Source: an uncultured Candidatus Rokubacteria bacterium (GTDB lineage Bacteria > Methylomirabilota > Methylomirabilia > Rokubacteriales > DASRDR01). Taken from it: DNA of 64,000 bases. Positions 1-9,878 of this stretch are shown here, piece after piece; position 1 is the stretch's first letter; every line of letters starts with the position of its first letter. The notes under the pieces are model-generated. The model was given only the letters and a program-made list of their open reading frames with translations, did no database searches and was not told the DNA's origin. Made by a program: the position numbers and the translations under genes. The DNA is taken from NCBI GenBank assembly GCA_963805625.1, contig CAWDVE010000010.1, positions 736,001-800,000 of the forward strand. Reading direction: 5' to 3'.

Positions 1-716
1 ACCTCCGCCTCGATGGCCTGCGCGAGCTGCCCACGGTAGAAGACGCTCGGGCCCTCCTTCCCGATGAGCTCGAGGCTACGGGCGAGCGCCGGATACCGGA
101 CACGGTCCCCGCCCCCGAGGTTCTCCGGCCGCGGCGGCCACCGGCCCCCGCGAAGATAGGTCCTCGCGGCCTCGGGAAACCGCGCGAGATCCTCCGCGTA
201 CATCGCGGTGACGCCCGCGAGATACCAGTCGACCGGCACTCCGAGGCGCGCGAGCCGCGCCGCCGGCGCCACCGCATCGCGCAGATCCAGTGTCCCCCAC
301 CGCTCGAGCGCGAGGGCCAGGCCGGCCACCGATCCCGGCACCGCGACGGCGAGATGGCCGTGCACGTTCGCGTCGCCTTCCACCGCCCGCCACGGGAAGA
401 GATCGCCGCTTCGCCCGTGCCCGAGCCGGTACATCCGGGCATGCGCCCGCTGCGGAGCCTCCACGTTGAAGTCGAGGGCCACCGAGGCGCCCGTGCGCGG
501 GCGGTGGATCAGCATCGAGCCGCCGCCCGCGAGGCAGGACATGAACGGCTCCACGACGGCCATCGCGAACGCGGTGCCGACGGCGGCGTCCACGGCGTTC
601 CCTCCGCGACGGAGGATCTCCGCACCCACACGAGCGCCGAGAGGATGGCCCGCCGTCACGCAGGCGTGCGGCACCGCGAGCTGGCTCTTCGTGACGGTGA
701 GACGCGAGGCCTTCAC
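1..716 (-). CDS. ggt: Gamma-glutamyltransferase family protein (5' part; runs off window start)
   Basis: Hand translation from GTG at 716: MKASRLTVTKSQLAVPHACVTAGHPLGARVGAEILRRGGNAVDAAVGTAFAMAVVEPFMSCLAGGGSMLIH, the typical GGT N-terminus. Not in the ORF track because there is no stop inside the window. Confidence 0.9.
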   Translation of the reverse strand, partial: MKASRLTVTKSQLAVPHACVTAGHPLGARVGAEILRRGGNAVDAAVGTAFAMAVVEPFMSCLAGGGSMLIHRPRTGASVALDFNVEAPQRAHARMYRLGHGRSGDLFPWRAVEGDANVHGHLAVAVPGSVAGLALALERWGTLDLRDAVAPAARLARLGVPVDWYLAGVTAMYAEDLARFPEAARTYLRGGRWPPRPENLGGGDRVRYPALARSLELIGKEGPSVFYRGQLAQAIEAE

Positions 717-776
717 GGCGCGCTCATTCTCCCACGGCCCCCGCACCGCTGCCAGCGCGGGGCCGGCGCCGCCCGC

Positions 777-1328
777 TCAGAACCGGACCTGGGGGACCGA
801 GCGCTCGGCGTGGTCCTCGAGCTCGAAGAACTCGCGGCGCGTGAAGCCGAAGGCACCGGCCAGGAGATTCGTCGGCACGCTCTCGACGCGCGTGTTGAGA
901 TCGCGGACGGCGGCGTTGTAGCCCTGCCGCGCCCCGGCGAGCATCCCTTCCGTGTCGGCAAGAGCCTGCTGGAGGGACAGAAAGTTCTGGTTGGCCTTGA
1001 GGTCCGGATAGCTCTCCGCGACCGCGTAGAGTCCGCGGAGGGCCTGGGTCAGGAGCCCCTCGGACTGCGCCACCTGCCCGGGCGTCGTGGCTCCCATGGC
1101 CCGGCTCCTGAGCTCCGTCACCTTCTCGAGGACGCCCTTCTCGTGACCGGCATACCCCTTCACGGTCTCGACGAGATTCGGAATGAGGTCGTGCCGGCGC
1201 TTGAGCTGCGTCGAGATGCCGGACCACGCCTCGTCCACCCGTACGCGTGCCCGGACCAGGCTGTTGTAGAGCCCGACAACCACCAGTGCGAGGACCGCGG
1301 CGATCCCCAGGACGACGAGTCCCGTCAT
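777..1328 (-). CDS. lemA: LemA family protein
   Basis: C-terminal part of ORF 777..3005: N-terminal TM helix, then YNSLV...AWSGISTQLKRRHDLIPNLVETVKGYAGHE...YPDLKANQNFL. Confidence 0.95.
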   Translation of the reverse strand: MTGLVVLGIAAVLALVVVGLYNSLVRARVRVDEAWSGISTQLKRRHDLIPNLVETVKGYAGHEKGVLEKVTELRSRAMGATTPGQVAQSEGLLTQALRGLYAVAESYPDLKANQNFLSLQQALADTEGMLAGARQGYNAAVRDLNTRVESVPTNLLAGAFGFTRREFFELEDHAERSVPQVRF

Positions 1329-1484
1329 TCCGATTCCCCTTCGGGCCCGGCCCGTCCCGCGCGGGTGACCGCGGCAAGGCCGTTCTCGACCCACTCCGTC
1401 CGATGGTAGCCGAAGCGCGCGAGCGCCGGAAGCGCCGATTCTGCTACCATGAAGGTCAAGACCGGCGCGCAACGCGGGATTCCC

Positions 1485-2861
1485 ATGCGTCAACGTGTAC
1501 TGATCGTCGAGGACGATGCCCCCGCTCGGAAGGGCATGGCCGACCTGCTCTCCCTTTGGGGATATGAGGTCGCCACCGCCGGCGACGGGGCCGAAGCCCT
1601 CGAGCGGGTGTCGGAGGAGTCGCCCGCGGTCGTGGTGAGCGACCTCGTGATGCCGGGCATGGACGGTCTCGGCCTCCTGTCCGCTTTGCGGGTCGATCAC
1701 CCCGACGTCGCCGTCATCATGCTCACGGGCCAGGGCTCGATCGAGAGCGCTGTCCAGGCGATGAAGGAAGGCGCCTACGACTACCTCACCAAGCCGCTCG
1801 ACCCGGCCCGCCTCCAGGTTCTCCTGGAGAGGGCGCTCGACCGAGCCGAGAGCGCCCGCGAGGTCCATCGGCTCCGGCGGGAGCTCCGCAATCGCGGCGC
1901 CTTCGGCCGTCTGGTCGCAGGCACGCCAGCGATGCAGGAAGTCGCCCGCCAGATCGAGCAGGTCGCACCGACCGACGCGACGGTCCTCGTGCTCGGTGAG
2001 AGCGGGACGGGAAAGGAGCTGGTGGCGCGCACGATTCACGACCACTCCAGACGCCGCCGCGGGCCGTTCGTCGCCGTGAACTGCGCGGCGATCCTGGAGA
2101 CCTTGCTCGAGAGCGAGATCTTCGGGCACGAGAAGGGCTCGTTCACCGGCGCCACCGGACGCCGACCCGGCTGCTTCGAGCTCGCCGATGGCGGGACGCT
2201 CTTCCTCGACGAGATCGCGGAGATGAGCCCGGCCACCCAGGTGAAGTTCCTTCGGGTTCTCCAGGACGGACGGTTCCGGCGGGTCGGGGGCCAAGCGGAG
2301 ATCACGGTGGACGTCCGGGTGATCGCGGCCACCAACAAGAGCCCGGTGAAGGCGCTCCAGGACGGCGCGCTCCGCGAGGATCTCTACTATCGCATCGCGG
2401 TCTTCACGCTCACGCTGCCCCCGCTCCGCGAGCGCCCCGAGGATCTCGGGGAGCTGGTCCGCGTTCTCCTCGAGGAGCTCAACGAGCGCCACGGGCGGGC
2501 CGTGCGGGGCGTTGACGAGGCGACCCTCGCGGTCCTTCGCCGCTATACGTGGCCGGGAAACGTGCGCGAGCTCCGGAACGTCCTGGAGCGCGCCCTCATC
2601 GTCTGCCCGGGCGACCTGATCGGCCTTGCCCACCTGCCTTCGCCCCCGTCGGCGACGACGTCCCCGGTCGAGCCGGTGACGGACCAGGAGGCCAGCGATG
2701 TCCGTCTCAGCGTCGGCACGACCGTGGACGAGGCCGAGCGACGTCTCATCCTCCGCACGCTCGCGTACACGGGCAACAATAAAACCCGCGCGGCCGAGAT
2801 CCTCGGCATCAGCCTCAAGACACTCCACAACAAGCTGAACCGCTACAACCGGCCGCCGTGA
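1485..2861 (+). CDS. Sigma54-dependent response regulator (REC-AAA+-HTH, NtrC/AtoC family)
   Basis: REC domain, Walker [15 protein letters not shown] loop, WPGNVRELRN, Fis-type HTH. Start 1485 or 1449. Confidence 0.95.
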   Translation: MRQRVLIVEDDAPARKGMADLLSLWGYEVATAGDGAEALERVSEESPAVVVSDLVMPGMDGLGLLSALRVDHPDVAVIMLTGQGSIESAVQAMKEGAYDYLTKPLDPARLQVLLERALDRAESAREVHRLRRELRNRGAFGRLVAGTPAMQEVARQIEQVAPTDATVLVLGESGTGKELVARTIHDHSRRRRGPFVAVNCAAILETLLESEIFGHEKGSFTGATGRRPGCFELADGGTLFLDEIAEMSPATQVKFLRVLQDGRFRRVGGQAEITVDVRVIAATNKSPVKALQDGALREDLYYRIAVFTLTLPPLRERPEDLGELVRVLLEELNERHGRAVRGVDEATLAVLRRYTWPGNVRELRNVLERALIVCPGDLIGLAHLPSPPSATTSPVEPVTDQEASDVRLSVGTTVDEAERRLILRTLAYTGNNKTRAAEILGISLKTLHNKLNRYNRPP

Positions 2862-2898
2862 CGCCGAAACCCGCCCGTCCACGCAGGCTGTCCGCCTC

Positions 2899-4701
2899 AT
2901 GGCTCTGAGCGCCCGGGCGCGCGAGCTGCTCGGCCTCACCCTCGTCGTCCTCCTCGTGGTCGCCGTCGCGACCGCCGCGCACCTTGCCACGCTCGCGCGG
3001 CTCACGCTCGGGAGCGCGGCGGACGAGGGGCGGCTCCTCTCCCGCCAGCTCCTCCACCAGGCCGCCTACGTCCTGCAGGCCGCGGGTGCCGCGGGTCCCG
3101 TTGCCTTCCGCGAGGATCCGAGCCTCCGGGCGCTCCTCGACGGGCTCGTGGGCTATTCGCGCGTCGTCGTCTACGGCGCGATCGTCGACGCGAACGGGCG
3201 CACCCTCCTGCACAGCGATGCGACCCTCCAGGGACAGACGCTCCCGGAACGCCCGCTCCTCGACGACGTGCTCACGGCGGGACTCCCGCAGCTTGCGCGG
3301 ATGCTGCTGGGCCCTCCGCAGATCTACGAGGTCCGGCTCCCCGTCCGCATCGGGGACCAGCCCTTCGGCACCGTGCAGGTGGGCGTGTCGACGAGCCTCG
3401 TCAGGCAGACCCTTCGCGACGCCCTCCTGCGAAGCGTGGCGTTCGGCGCGGGCGCCCTCGCCTTCGCGATCGCGCTCGGCCTCGGTACCGGGCGCGTGCT
3501 CCTCGGCTACCTCCGGCGAATCGCGCGCCAGGTCGAGCGCCTCGCCCGTGGCGACGCCGCCGTCGAGTTCGGACCCGGCGACGATATGGGGCGTCTCGCC
3601 GCGCGGATGCAGGGCCTCGGCGAGCGCATCCAAGCCACCACCGGAGGCGCAAGTGACCCGGGTCCAGCCGGAGCGGAGCGGCTCCAGAACGCCGTCATGC
3701 TCCTCGGCCCCGACGGCGCCGTGGCGTTCGCCAACGCCACCGCCGAGCGGCTGCTCGGCCGGACGCTCGCTGGCCGCTCGCTCGCTGATGTCCTCTCCCC
3801 CGGACACCCCCTTGCAACCCTGGCCGCCACCGTTCTCAACGGCAGTGTCGCGCCGCTCCACGACACAGTCACCCTCCCGGGAAGCACGGGAGAGCCGCAC
3901 GAGTGGGCGGTCTCGGGATATCCTCTCCGCACGGACGCCCAGCCCCGAGGTGGCCTGCTCGTCTTGCGCGATCTCGAGCCCGCGCGGGCCGTCGAGTCCC
4001 TCCTGAGCTACTCCCAAAAGCTGGCGGCGCTGGGCCGCCTCACATCCGGTGTCACCCACGAGGTCAAGAACCCGCTCAACGCCATGCGCATTCACCTCGA
4101 GCTCCTGCGCGCACGGCTCGCTCAGGCCGGACGGCCGCCGCCGCCCGAGATCGCCGAGAACATCGACGTCATCGCGCACGAGATCCAGCGGCTGGACCGC
4201 GTGGTGCAGGGCTTCCTCCGGTTCGTCCGGCCGCAGGATCTCCGCCTCGCGCCCGTCGACGTCAATGCGGTCCTGTCGAACGTGGCGCGGGTCGCGCGGC
4301 CCGAGGCCGCGAGGGCCGGTGTCGAGATCGTCCTCGAGCCCGGACGGGACCTGCCCCGCGTCACGGCGGACTCGGGGCTCATCGCCCAGGCCAGCGCCAA
4401 TCTCGTGAGCAACGCCATCCAGGCGATGCCGGGCGGCGGCACGCTGGTCGTCGCGAGCCGGCGCGCCGCGCCCGACGGGGTGGAGATCCGCGTGGCCGAC
4501 CAGGGGATGGGCATCGCGCCCGAGAACCTCGAGAAGATCTTCCGCCTCTACTACACGACGAAGGCGGGCGGATCGGGCATCGGTCTCGCCATGGTATACC
4601 GCATCGTGCAGATGCACGACGGCCGGGTCGACGTGGAGTCGACGGTGGGCAAGGGCACCACCGTGATGCTCACGCTCCCCGCGGCCCCGGACGCACGATG
4701 A
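2899..4701 (+). CDS. Membrane sensor histidine kinase (TM-periplasmic-HAMP-PAS-HisKA-HATPase)
   Basis: Two hydrophobic segments, HEVKNPL H-box, NAIQAM N-box, DQGMGI and GSGIGL G-boxes. Confidence 0.95.
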   Translation: MALSARARELLGLTLVVLLVVAVATAAHLATLARLTLGSAADEGRLLSRQLLHQAAYVLQAAGAAGPVAFREDPSLRALLDGLVGYSRVVVYGAIVDANGRTLLHSDATLQGQTLPERPLLDDVLTAGLPQLARMLLGPPQIYEVRLPVRIGDQPFGTVQVGVSTSLVRQTLRDALLRSVAFGAGALAFAIALGLGTGRVLLGYLRRIARQVERLARGDAAVEFGPGDDMGRLAARMQGLGERIQATTGGASDPGPAGAERLQNAVMLLGPDGAVAFANATAERLLGRTLAGRSLADVLSPGHPLATLAATVLNGSVAPLHDTVTLPGSTGEPHEWAVSGYPLRTDAQPRGGLLVLRDLEPARAVESLLSYSQKLAALGRLTSGVTHEVKNPLNAMRIHLELLRARLAQAGRPPPPEIAENIDVIAHEIQRLDRVVQGFLRFVRPQDLRLAPVDVNAVLSNVARVARPEAARAGVEIVLEPGRDLPRVTADSGLIAQASANLVSNAIQAMPGGGTLVVASRRAAPDGVEIRVADQGMGIAPENLEKIFRLYYTTKAGGSGIGLAMVYRIVQMHDGRVDVESTVGKGTTVMLTLPAAPDAR

Positions 4702-5324
4702 AGGTCCTGGCGCTCGCGACGCTGATCCTGGCCCTGTCTGGATGCAGGGCGCTCGGCCCGGATGTCCCGCCATGGGCGCGGCCCGTCCCCGGAGCGACCA
4801 GCCCCGCGGCGTCGGTCTCCTTCGAGGATGCGGCAAGCGAGGATGCGGCAAGCATCACGCCCGCGTCGCCGCCCATTCCCGCGCCCCCCGATCTCTCGGC
4901 TCCCGCCGCGCTGCCTCCTCCGGTCGCCCCACCGGCCCCCACCGCGCCCACGCCCCCCGCTCCGTCCCGCGCGGTCTCCCATCCGCCCGCACCACACGCA
5001 TCCCCGCCGGCCCCGGCTCCTGCGCCGCCCCCCGCTCCCCTGCCGCCTCCGGCCGCGCCCAGCCCGCCGCTGACTGCGAGCTTGCCTCCCACCGAGGTGC
5101 GTCGGCTCCAGGACGAGGCTCAACGGGGAATCGAGGACACGGAGCGCCTCCTGCGCCAGCTCGACGGCCGACCGCTGGCCGCGAAGGACCTGGAGACGCT
5201 TCGACTCGCCCAGGGCTTGGTCGAGCAGGCTAGGAGGGCTCTCGGCGGGCAGGAATACGAGCGGGCGGCGAACCTGGCGACGAAGGCTCGCACCCTCGCG
5301 GACGACCTGAGCACACGCCGCTAA
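4698..5324 (+). CDS. Proline-rich lipoprotein with helical C-terminal domain
   Basis: ATG overlaps the kinase stop; MKVLALATLILALSGC lipobox, long Pro/Ala linker, helical C-terminus. Confidence 0.8.
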   Translation: MKVLALATLILALSGCRALGPDVPPWARPVPGATSPAASVSFEDAASEDAASITPASPPIPAPPDLSAPAALPPPVAPPAPTAPTPPAPSRAVSHPPAPHASPPAPAPAPPPAPLPPPAAPSPPLTASLPPTEVRRLQDEAQRGIEDTERLLRQLDGRPLAAKDLETLRLAQGLVEQARRALGGQEYERAANLATKARTLADDLSTRR

Positions 5325-5333
5325 ACCCGCCGT

Positions 5334-5390
5334 CCGGCAAGGTAACTTTTTACATCTTGCCGGCGAGACCTCCGTGGTAACTCTTACATC
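5334..5390. promoter_or_regulatory. Candidate enhancer (bEBP-binding) sites: two GGTAAC-N-TTACATC boxes
   Basis: GGTAACTTTTTACATC (5341-5356) and GGTAACTCTTACATC (5376-5390), each with a GTAA..TTAC dyad, 115-165 bp upstream of a sigma54 promoter. Confidence 0.65.
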
Positions 5391-5502
5391 GCGTCAGGGC
5401 TGCGCACGCCCAGACGGGACGGGCAGGATCCACTCGGTGGTGGCCCAGCCGCCCGAGAAATCAGGCTGAGCGCGTCCCGGGCAGGCCACAGCGGGAGATG
5501 CC

Positions 5503-5518
5503 CGGCACGCCCCTTGCG
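5503..5518 (+). promoter_or_regulatory. Sigma54 -24/-12 promoter of the OmpA lipoprotein gene
   Basis: CGGCACGCCCCTTGCG = GG-N10-GC, close to the TGGCACG-N4-TTGC consensus. Confidence 0.8.
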
Positions 5519-5581
5519 TGGGCGATCGACGGACTGATCCGTCACCTAGCGGGGACTGTCCCGCACAGAGGAGGAAGTCGC

Positions 5582-6334
5582 ATGCGGATACGCTCGTTGG
5601 CCATCCTGGTGGCCTCCCTGTCCCTCATGACCGTCGGTTGCGCAACCAAGAAGTTCGTCCGCGAGGAAGTCAGCAAGAGCGAGGCGAAGCTTGGCGCGGA
5701 CGTGGGCCGCGTCGAGGGCTCTCTGACCGAGGAGAAGGCGCGGACGACCGCGCTCACCGACGAGCTGGGCCAGACGAAGGTCGCGGTCCAGCAGGCCGAC
5801 ACCCGCGCTGGTGAAGCCGCCAATCTCGCCCGGACGGCCCAGGGCCGCGCCGACGAGGGGGTGACCAAGGCGACTCAGGCTCAGACCCGCGCCGACGAGG
5901 CTCACGCCGCCGCTGGCCAGGCGATGGCCAAGGCGGACGAGACCAGCTCTCGTCTGACCCGGCTCTGGACCAACCGCAACAAGCGCGTCCCGGGCGACAC
6001 GGTCGCGATCCTCTTCCGCTTCGACAAGTGGGAGCTGGACGACCGCGGCCAGACCGCGCTGCTCGACGTCGCCAAGCAGCTCCAGGACAATCCGAACCTC
6101 GTGGTCGAGCTCGAAGGCTTCACGGACAGCGTCGGTGCCATGCCGTACAACGTCCAGCTGAGCCAGCGGCGCTCGGAGGCGGTGCGTCGCTTCCTGGTGG
6201 AGAAGGGCATCGAGATGCACCGGATCCACTCGATCGGCCTCGGTGACATCAAGCCGTCCGCCGACAACGGAACCGCCAAGGGACGCGAGCAGAACCGCCG
6301 GGTGATGGTGCGGTTCTTCGCGCCGGCCGAATAG
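5582..6334 (+). CDS. OmpA-family lipoprotein with Ala-rich coiled coil and peptidoglycan-binding OmpA_C domain
   Basis: GAGGAGG RBS; TVGC lipobox; F-x-FDK, EGFTDSVG, NVQLSQRRSEAV, GREQNRRV motifs. Confidence 0.92.
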   Translation: MRIRSLAILVASLSLMTVGCATKKFVREEVSKSEAKLGADVGRVEGSLTEEKARTTALTDELGQTKVAVQQADTRAGEAANLARTAQGRADEGVTKATQAQTRADEAHAAAGQAMAKADETSSRLTRLWTNRNKRVPGDTVAILFRFDKWELDDRGQTALLDVAKQLQDNPNLVVELEGFTDSVGAMPYNVQLSQRRSEAVRRFLVEKGIEMHRIHSIGLGDIKPSADNGTAKGREQNRRVMVRFFAPAE

Positions 6335-6358
6335 AGCAGCAGTAGCGCGAATCCGGGC

Positions 6359-9091
6359 TCAGATCAGCGCGGATTCCAGCACGATCCCCCGGTCCAGTAC
6401 CCGGGCGGCGGCACCGGCTGCACTGGCGACGCCGCCCGGGACCTCCGGTCCCTCCGCGAGTTGACGCAAGAGATCGATCAGCCGTCGCATCGCGCGGATC
6501 AGATCGCCCTCGTGGCCGCCGAACGAGTGGGTGACGATTCGCGCCCAGTCGTCGTCTCCCGACGCCCATCGGAAGACCGCCGCGACGAACCCGCTCTGCA
6601 CGCGCGCTGGCCGATGCAGGCCCACCCGCCGCTGAACAGCCTGGATCGCTTCCGCCGCCTCCTCCATCTGCCGGACCCGGCTCCGGAGCCGCGGCCGCTC
6701 TCGCAGGAGGCGGCGTGAGGGCTCGTCCTCGGCGGATCGCGCGTCCTCGATCAGGCACGAGACGAGCGCGGCGACCTCGGCGGGAGGGGCATCGTCGAAC
6801 ACACCCCGGTGGACGACCTCGGCGATCAGGAGCTCATGGTCGTGCCGGAGGGATGCCACCAGCTCTCCCTTCGGCCTGAGCACGCCCCGCTGGACGGCGT
6901 CGAACGCATCCAGGACCTCGAGAACTCGCCGATACTCCTGCCAGATCGCGTCCCGGATGCTTTCGAGCGCGGTGCGCCGATGTTCCAACCGGCCTCGCTC
7001 CTTCTCGAGTGTCTTCCAGGCGGCTTCGCAGCGCGGTCGCGCCTCCCACGGGCAGGCGTGGCACTCGATCCGCTCGAGGGCGTCCGCGGGGTCTCCGCGG
7101 CGCTCCCCTTGGACGAGCGCGTGGAGGTCGAGTTCGCCCAGGCGCGCGAGGAGCGCGCCACCATCACGCGCGAGCGTCTCCCTCACGTCGCGCCCCCATC
7201 CGTGATGGTGGGCCGCGAGGTTCCGGATGGCTGGCGGCAGCAGAAGCGGCGGAGTCGCCCAGAAGACCCGCTTGACGTTCCCCGCCTTGGTCCGGACGAG
7301 CGAGCCGTGCGGGAGAAGCGTGTCGAGGAGGACGCGGTTGCCTCGCAGCCGGTGCACCCCGACGACCACTCCGAGCCCGCCGCCGTTTCCCCGCTGCCGG
7401 AGCAGGACCACGCGGCCGGGCTCGACGTCGTCGAGCGCCCGGGCCCGGGCCGGCCGCGAGCGCGAGCCCGCCGCCCGCCGGCGCGCGTCCACCTCGGCGC
7501 GCAGCTGCCGGTAGCGCCCGATCCGGTCGAACTCGCCACACGGCGCCTCATACCGCTCGGCCCCGGCCAGCGCCTCTTGCGCCTCGGCCACCTCGCGCTC
7601 CAGGTGGCGGACCTGACGGAGGCTTTGATACTGGCCGAACGAGGATTCGACCACGTGGCGAATCGCCGCCTCGTCCCTAACGTTCTCGACCAGGAGCGCC
7701 ACCGAGCCGAAGCCCAGACGGAACTGGCTCACGATCGGCTCCGGGGCGCCGTCGACCACCGAGAGCGTCTCCTCCAGGCTGTCCCGGGCGTCGAGGGCGA
7801 TCACACACTGGCCCTCGGGATCGATGCCCCGCCGGCCGGCCCGGCCCGCCATCTGGGTGAGCTCGTTCGTCGTCAGCGCCCGGAATCCCCGGTCGGTGCG
7901 CTTTGTGAGCCCCTGGAGCACGACGCTCCGGGCGGGCATGTGAATACCCAGACTCATCGTCTCGGTGGCGAAGACCACCCGCACCAGACCTCGCTCGAAG
8001 AGCACCTCCGTCAGACGCTTCAGGCTCGGCAGGATCCCCGCATGGTGGAGCCCGACGCCCGCCCGGAGCGCCCGGAAGATGGTCTGGTTGAGCGCGGAGG
8101 CGCCCAGCGTGGGGCTCTCCTCGATCGCCTCGGCAATCGCCCGCTCGACCTCACGCCCCTGGGCGCGGGTGAGGAGCGTGCGGCCTTCCTCGAGGACGTC
8201 GTCCATCGCCCGCTCGCACCCGGCGCGGCTGAAGATGAAGTAAATGGCGGGCAGCCAGCCACGCCCCTCCAGCTCCTCGATCATTGCCGGCACTGCGGCC
8301 ACCCGGCGGGCGTAGAAGCGGCCTCGCCCCTCGTCCCGGCCGCCCTCGATCCCGACGATCTTGGCGCGGCCGGCTCGTACGGCCTCCAGCGAATGAATCT
8401 CGGCCGCCAGATCGGCGACGTGGTACCGGAGCGGTACTGGGCGATGCGGGTGGACCACGGCCTGGATGGGCCGGTGGACCAGCCCAATCCAGTCGGCAAT
8501 CTCGCGCACGTTTGCCACGGTGGCCGACAGGGCCACGAGCGTCACGTCCTTGGGCGCGTTGACGATGATCTCCTCCCAGACCGTGCCGCGACCCTCGTCC
8601 CCCATGTAGTGACACTCGTCGAGCACGACGTGGCGGAGCCCCTCCAGGGTCCCCGTGTAGAACATGTTCCGCAGGATCTCGGTCGTCATGACCAGGACAG
8701 GCGCGCGCGAGTTGACCTTGACGTCGCCGGTCAGGATACCCACCTCGGCGACGCCGAACTGGCGGCAGAAATCCGCGTACTTCTGGTTGGAGAGGGCCTT
8801 GAGCGGCGTCGTGTAGGCGACCCGCCGCTTCGCGGCGAGCGCGTCGTGGATCGCGAACTCGGCGACCAGCGTCTTGCCCGCGCCCGTCGGCGCGGACACG
8901 ATCACCGAGGAGCCCTCGAGAATGGCGAGGATCGCCACAATCTGGAAGTCGTCGAGGGGAAAGGCGTACCGGCGGGCGAACGCCCGGAACAGGTCGACAG
9001 CGTCCTCGGAGATACGACCGGCGTCGAGGGCGGTCTGGATCGCAGCGGGGGGTTGGTAGGGCAACGGGTGGGCTCCCCTCCCGTGACGCAT
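6359..9091 (-). CDS. Ski2/HelY-like DEAD/DEAH-box RNA helicase
   Basis: APTGAGKT, TPLKALSNQK, DECH, LSAT, QMAGRAGRRG and a DSHCT-like C-terminus (EGDLIRAMRRLIDLL). Start ATG 9091 or TTG 9064. Confidence 0.93.
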   Translation of the reverse strand: MRHGRGAHPLPYQPPAAIQTALDAGRISEDAVDLFRAFARRYAFPLDDFQIVAILAILEGSSVIVSAPTGAGKTLVAEFAIHDALAAKRRVAYTTPLKALSNQKYADFCRQFGVAEVGILTGDVKVNSRAPVLVMTTEILRNMFYTGTLEGLRHVVLDECHYMGDEGRGTVWEEIIVNAPKDVTLVALSATVANVREIADWIGLVHRPIQAVVHPHRPVPLRYHVADLAAEIHSLEAVRAGRAKIVGIEGGRDEGRGRFYARRVAAVPAMIEELEGRGWLPAIYFIFSRAGCERAMDDVLEEGRTLLTRAQGREVERAIAEAIEESPTLGASALNQTIFRALRAGVGLHHAGILPSLKRLTEVLFERGLVRVVFATETMSLGIHMPARSVVLQGLTKRTDRGFRALTTNELTQMAGRAGRRGIDPEGQCVIALDARDSLEETLSVVDGAPEPIVSQFRLGFGSVALLVENVRDEAAIRHVVESSFGQYQSLRQVRHLEREVAEAQEALAGAERYEAPCGEFDRIGRYRQLRAEVDARRRAAGSRSRPARARALDDVEPGRVVLLRQRGNGGGLGVVVGVHRLRGNRVLLDTLLPHGSLVRTKAGNVKRVFWATPPLLLPPAIRNLAAHHHGWGRDVRETLARDGGALLARLGELDLHALVQGERRGDPADALERIECHACPWEARPRCEAAWKTLEKERGRLEHRRTALESIRDAIWQEYRRVLEVLDAFDAVQRGVLRPKGELVASLRHDHELLIAEVVHRGVFDDAPPAEVAALVSCLIEDARSAEDEPSRRLLRERPRLRSRVRQMEEAAEAIQAVQRRVGLHRPARVQSGFVAAVFRWASGDDDWARIVTHSFGGHEGDLIRAMRRLIDLLRQLAEGPEVPGGVASAAGAAARVLDRGIVLESALI

Positions 9092-9107
9092 TGTACACTG
9101 AGGCGTG

Positions 9108-9539
9108 ATGCACGCGGTTCGTGCGCTCATGCGCTCGGTCGTCCCGATGCTCGCGCTCGCCCTCGTCGTCGACGCCCTGCCCGCGGAGGCGACCCACCTG
9201 CCCGACCACCGCTTCCTGGTGCTCGGCTTCGTCACCGACGGGGAGGGCCGGCCAGTCGCCGGGGCTCGCGTAGTCGTGACCCGGCTCAAGACCGGCCTTG
9301 AGTATCCAACGACCACCGAGCGGGACGGCTTCTTCCTCGTCGTCCTCCATCTTCACGACGAGAACCAGGGTGAGCCGCTGGGACTGGACGCGAAGGGTGT
9401 GAAGGGAGAGGTGCGCGCTCGGTTCGACCCGCACGATAAGAAGGTCGAGCGAGGCACGCGCGTGGACGTGCGCGCCAACCGCCTGGTGGAGAACCGTTCG
9501 GCCTTCGCGGAGACGCTCCGATCCTACCTGAGCCGCTAG
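9108..9539 (+). CDS. Exported hypothetical protein (carboxypeptidase-regulatory-like beta domain)
   Basis: Signal peptide followed by G-x-VTD-x-EGRPVAGARV...TT-x-RDGFF; start uncertain. Confidence 0.7.
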   Translation: MHAVRALMRSVVPMLALALVVDALPAEATHLPDHRFLVLGFVTDGEGRPVAGARVVVTRLKTGLEYPTTTERDGFFLVVLHLHDENQGEPLGLDAKGVKGEVRARFDPHDKKVERGTRVDVRANRLVENRSAFAETLRSYLSR

Positions 9540-9563
9540 CGCAAAGGCGCCGCGCCTGATTCC

Positions 9564-9593
9564 TTGACAGCCCCGCAGGGCCGAAGATGTAAT
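9564..9593 (+). promoter_or_regulatory. Sigma70-type promoter
   Basis: TTGACA-N18-TGTAAT upstream of the GGAGG RBS of the Lrp/AsnC gene. Confidence 0.55.
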
Positions 9594-9629
9594 ACGCGCG
9601 TGGGCCAAGCTCGAGGGCGAGGAGGTGTC

Positions 9630-9878
9630 ATGATGAAGGCGTACGTGCTCGTCGAGACCAATGCGGGGAAGACCAAGGCCGTCAAGAAGTCGCTCGGAAA
9701 GCTCAAGCCCGGCAAGTGCCGGATCGACTCCCTCGACGCGGTGACGGGGCCGTTCGACTACATCGCGGTGGTCCAGGGTCCGACGCTCGACGATATCGGG
9801 CAGCTCGTGACGGAGGGGATCGGAGCCATCGAGGGCGTCACGCGCACGACAACCTGTCTCGCGGTATCGATCGGATGA
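9630..9878 (+). CDS. Stand-alone Lrp/AsnC ligand-binding domain protein
   Basis: MKAYVLV...VTGPFDYIAVV...IGAIEGVTRTTTCL; GGAGG RBS. Confidence 0.9.
   Translation: MMKAYVLVETNAGKTKAVKKSLGKLKPGKCRIDSLDAVTGPFDYIAVVQGPTLDDIGQLVTEGIGAIEGVTRTTTCLAVSIG

Noticed and set aside
777-3005. 742-aa minus-strand ORF and many other long overlapping ORFs (e.g. 6809..9301, 24141..27005, 29681..31810, 46666..48630)
   Set aside because: Antisense shadow ORFs typical of high-GC coding DNA; only the LemA part (777-1328) has protein motifs.
4860-5090. C-rich low-complexity tract as a DNA repeat element
   Set aside because: It is explained by the Pro/Ala-rich linker of the lipoprotein.
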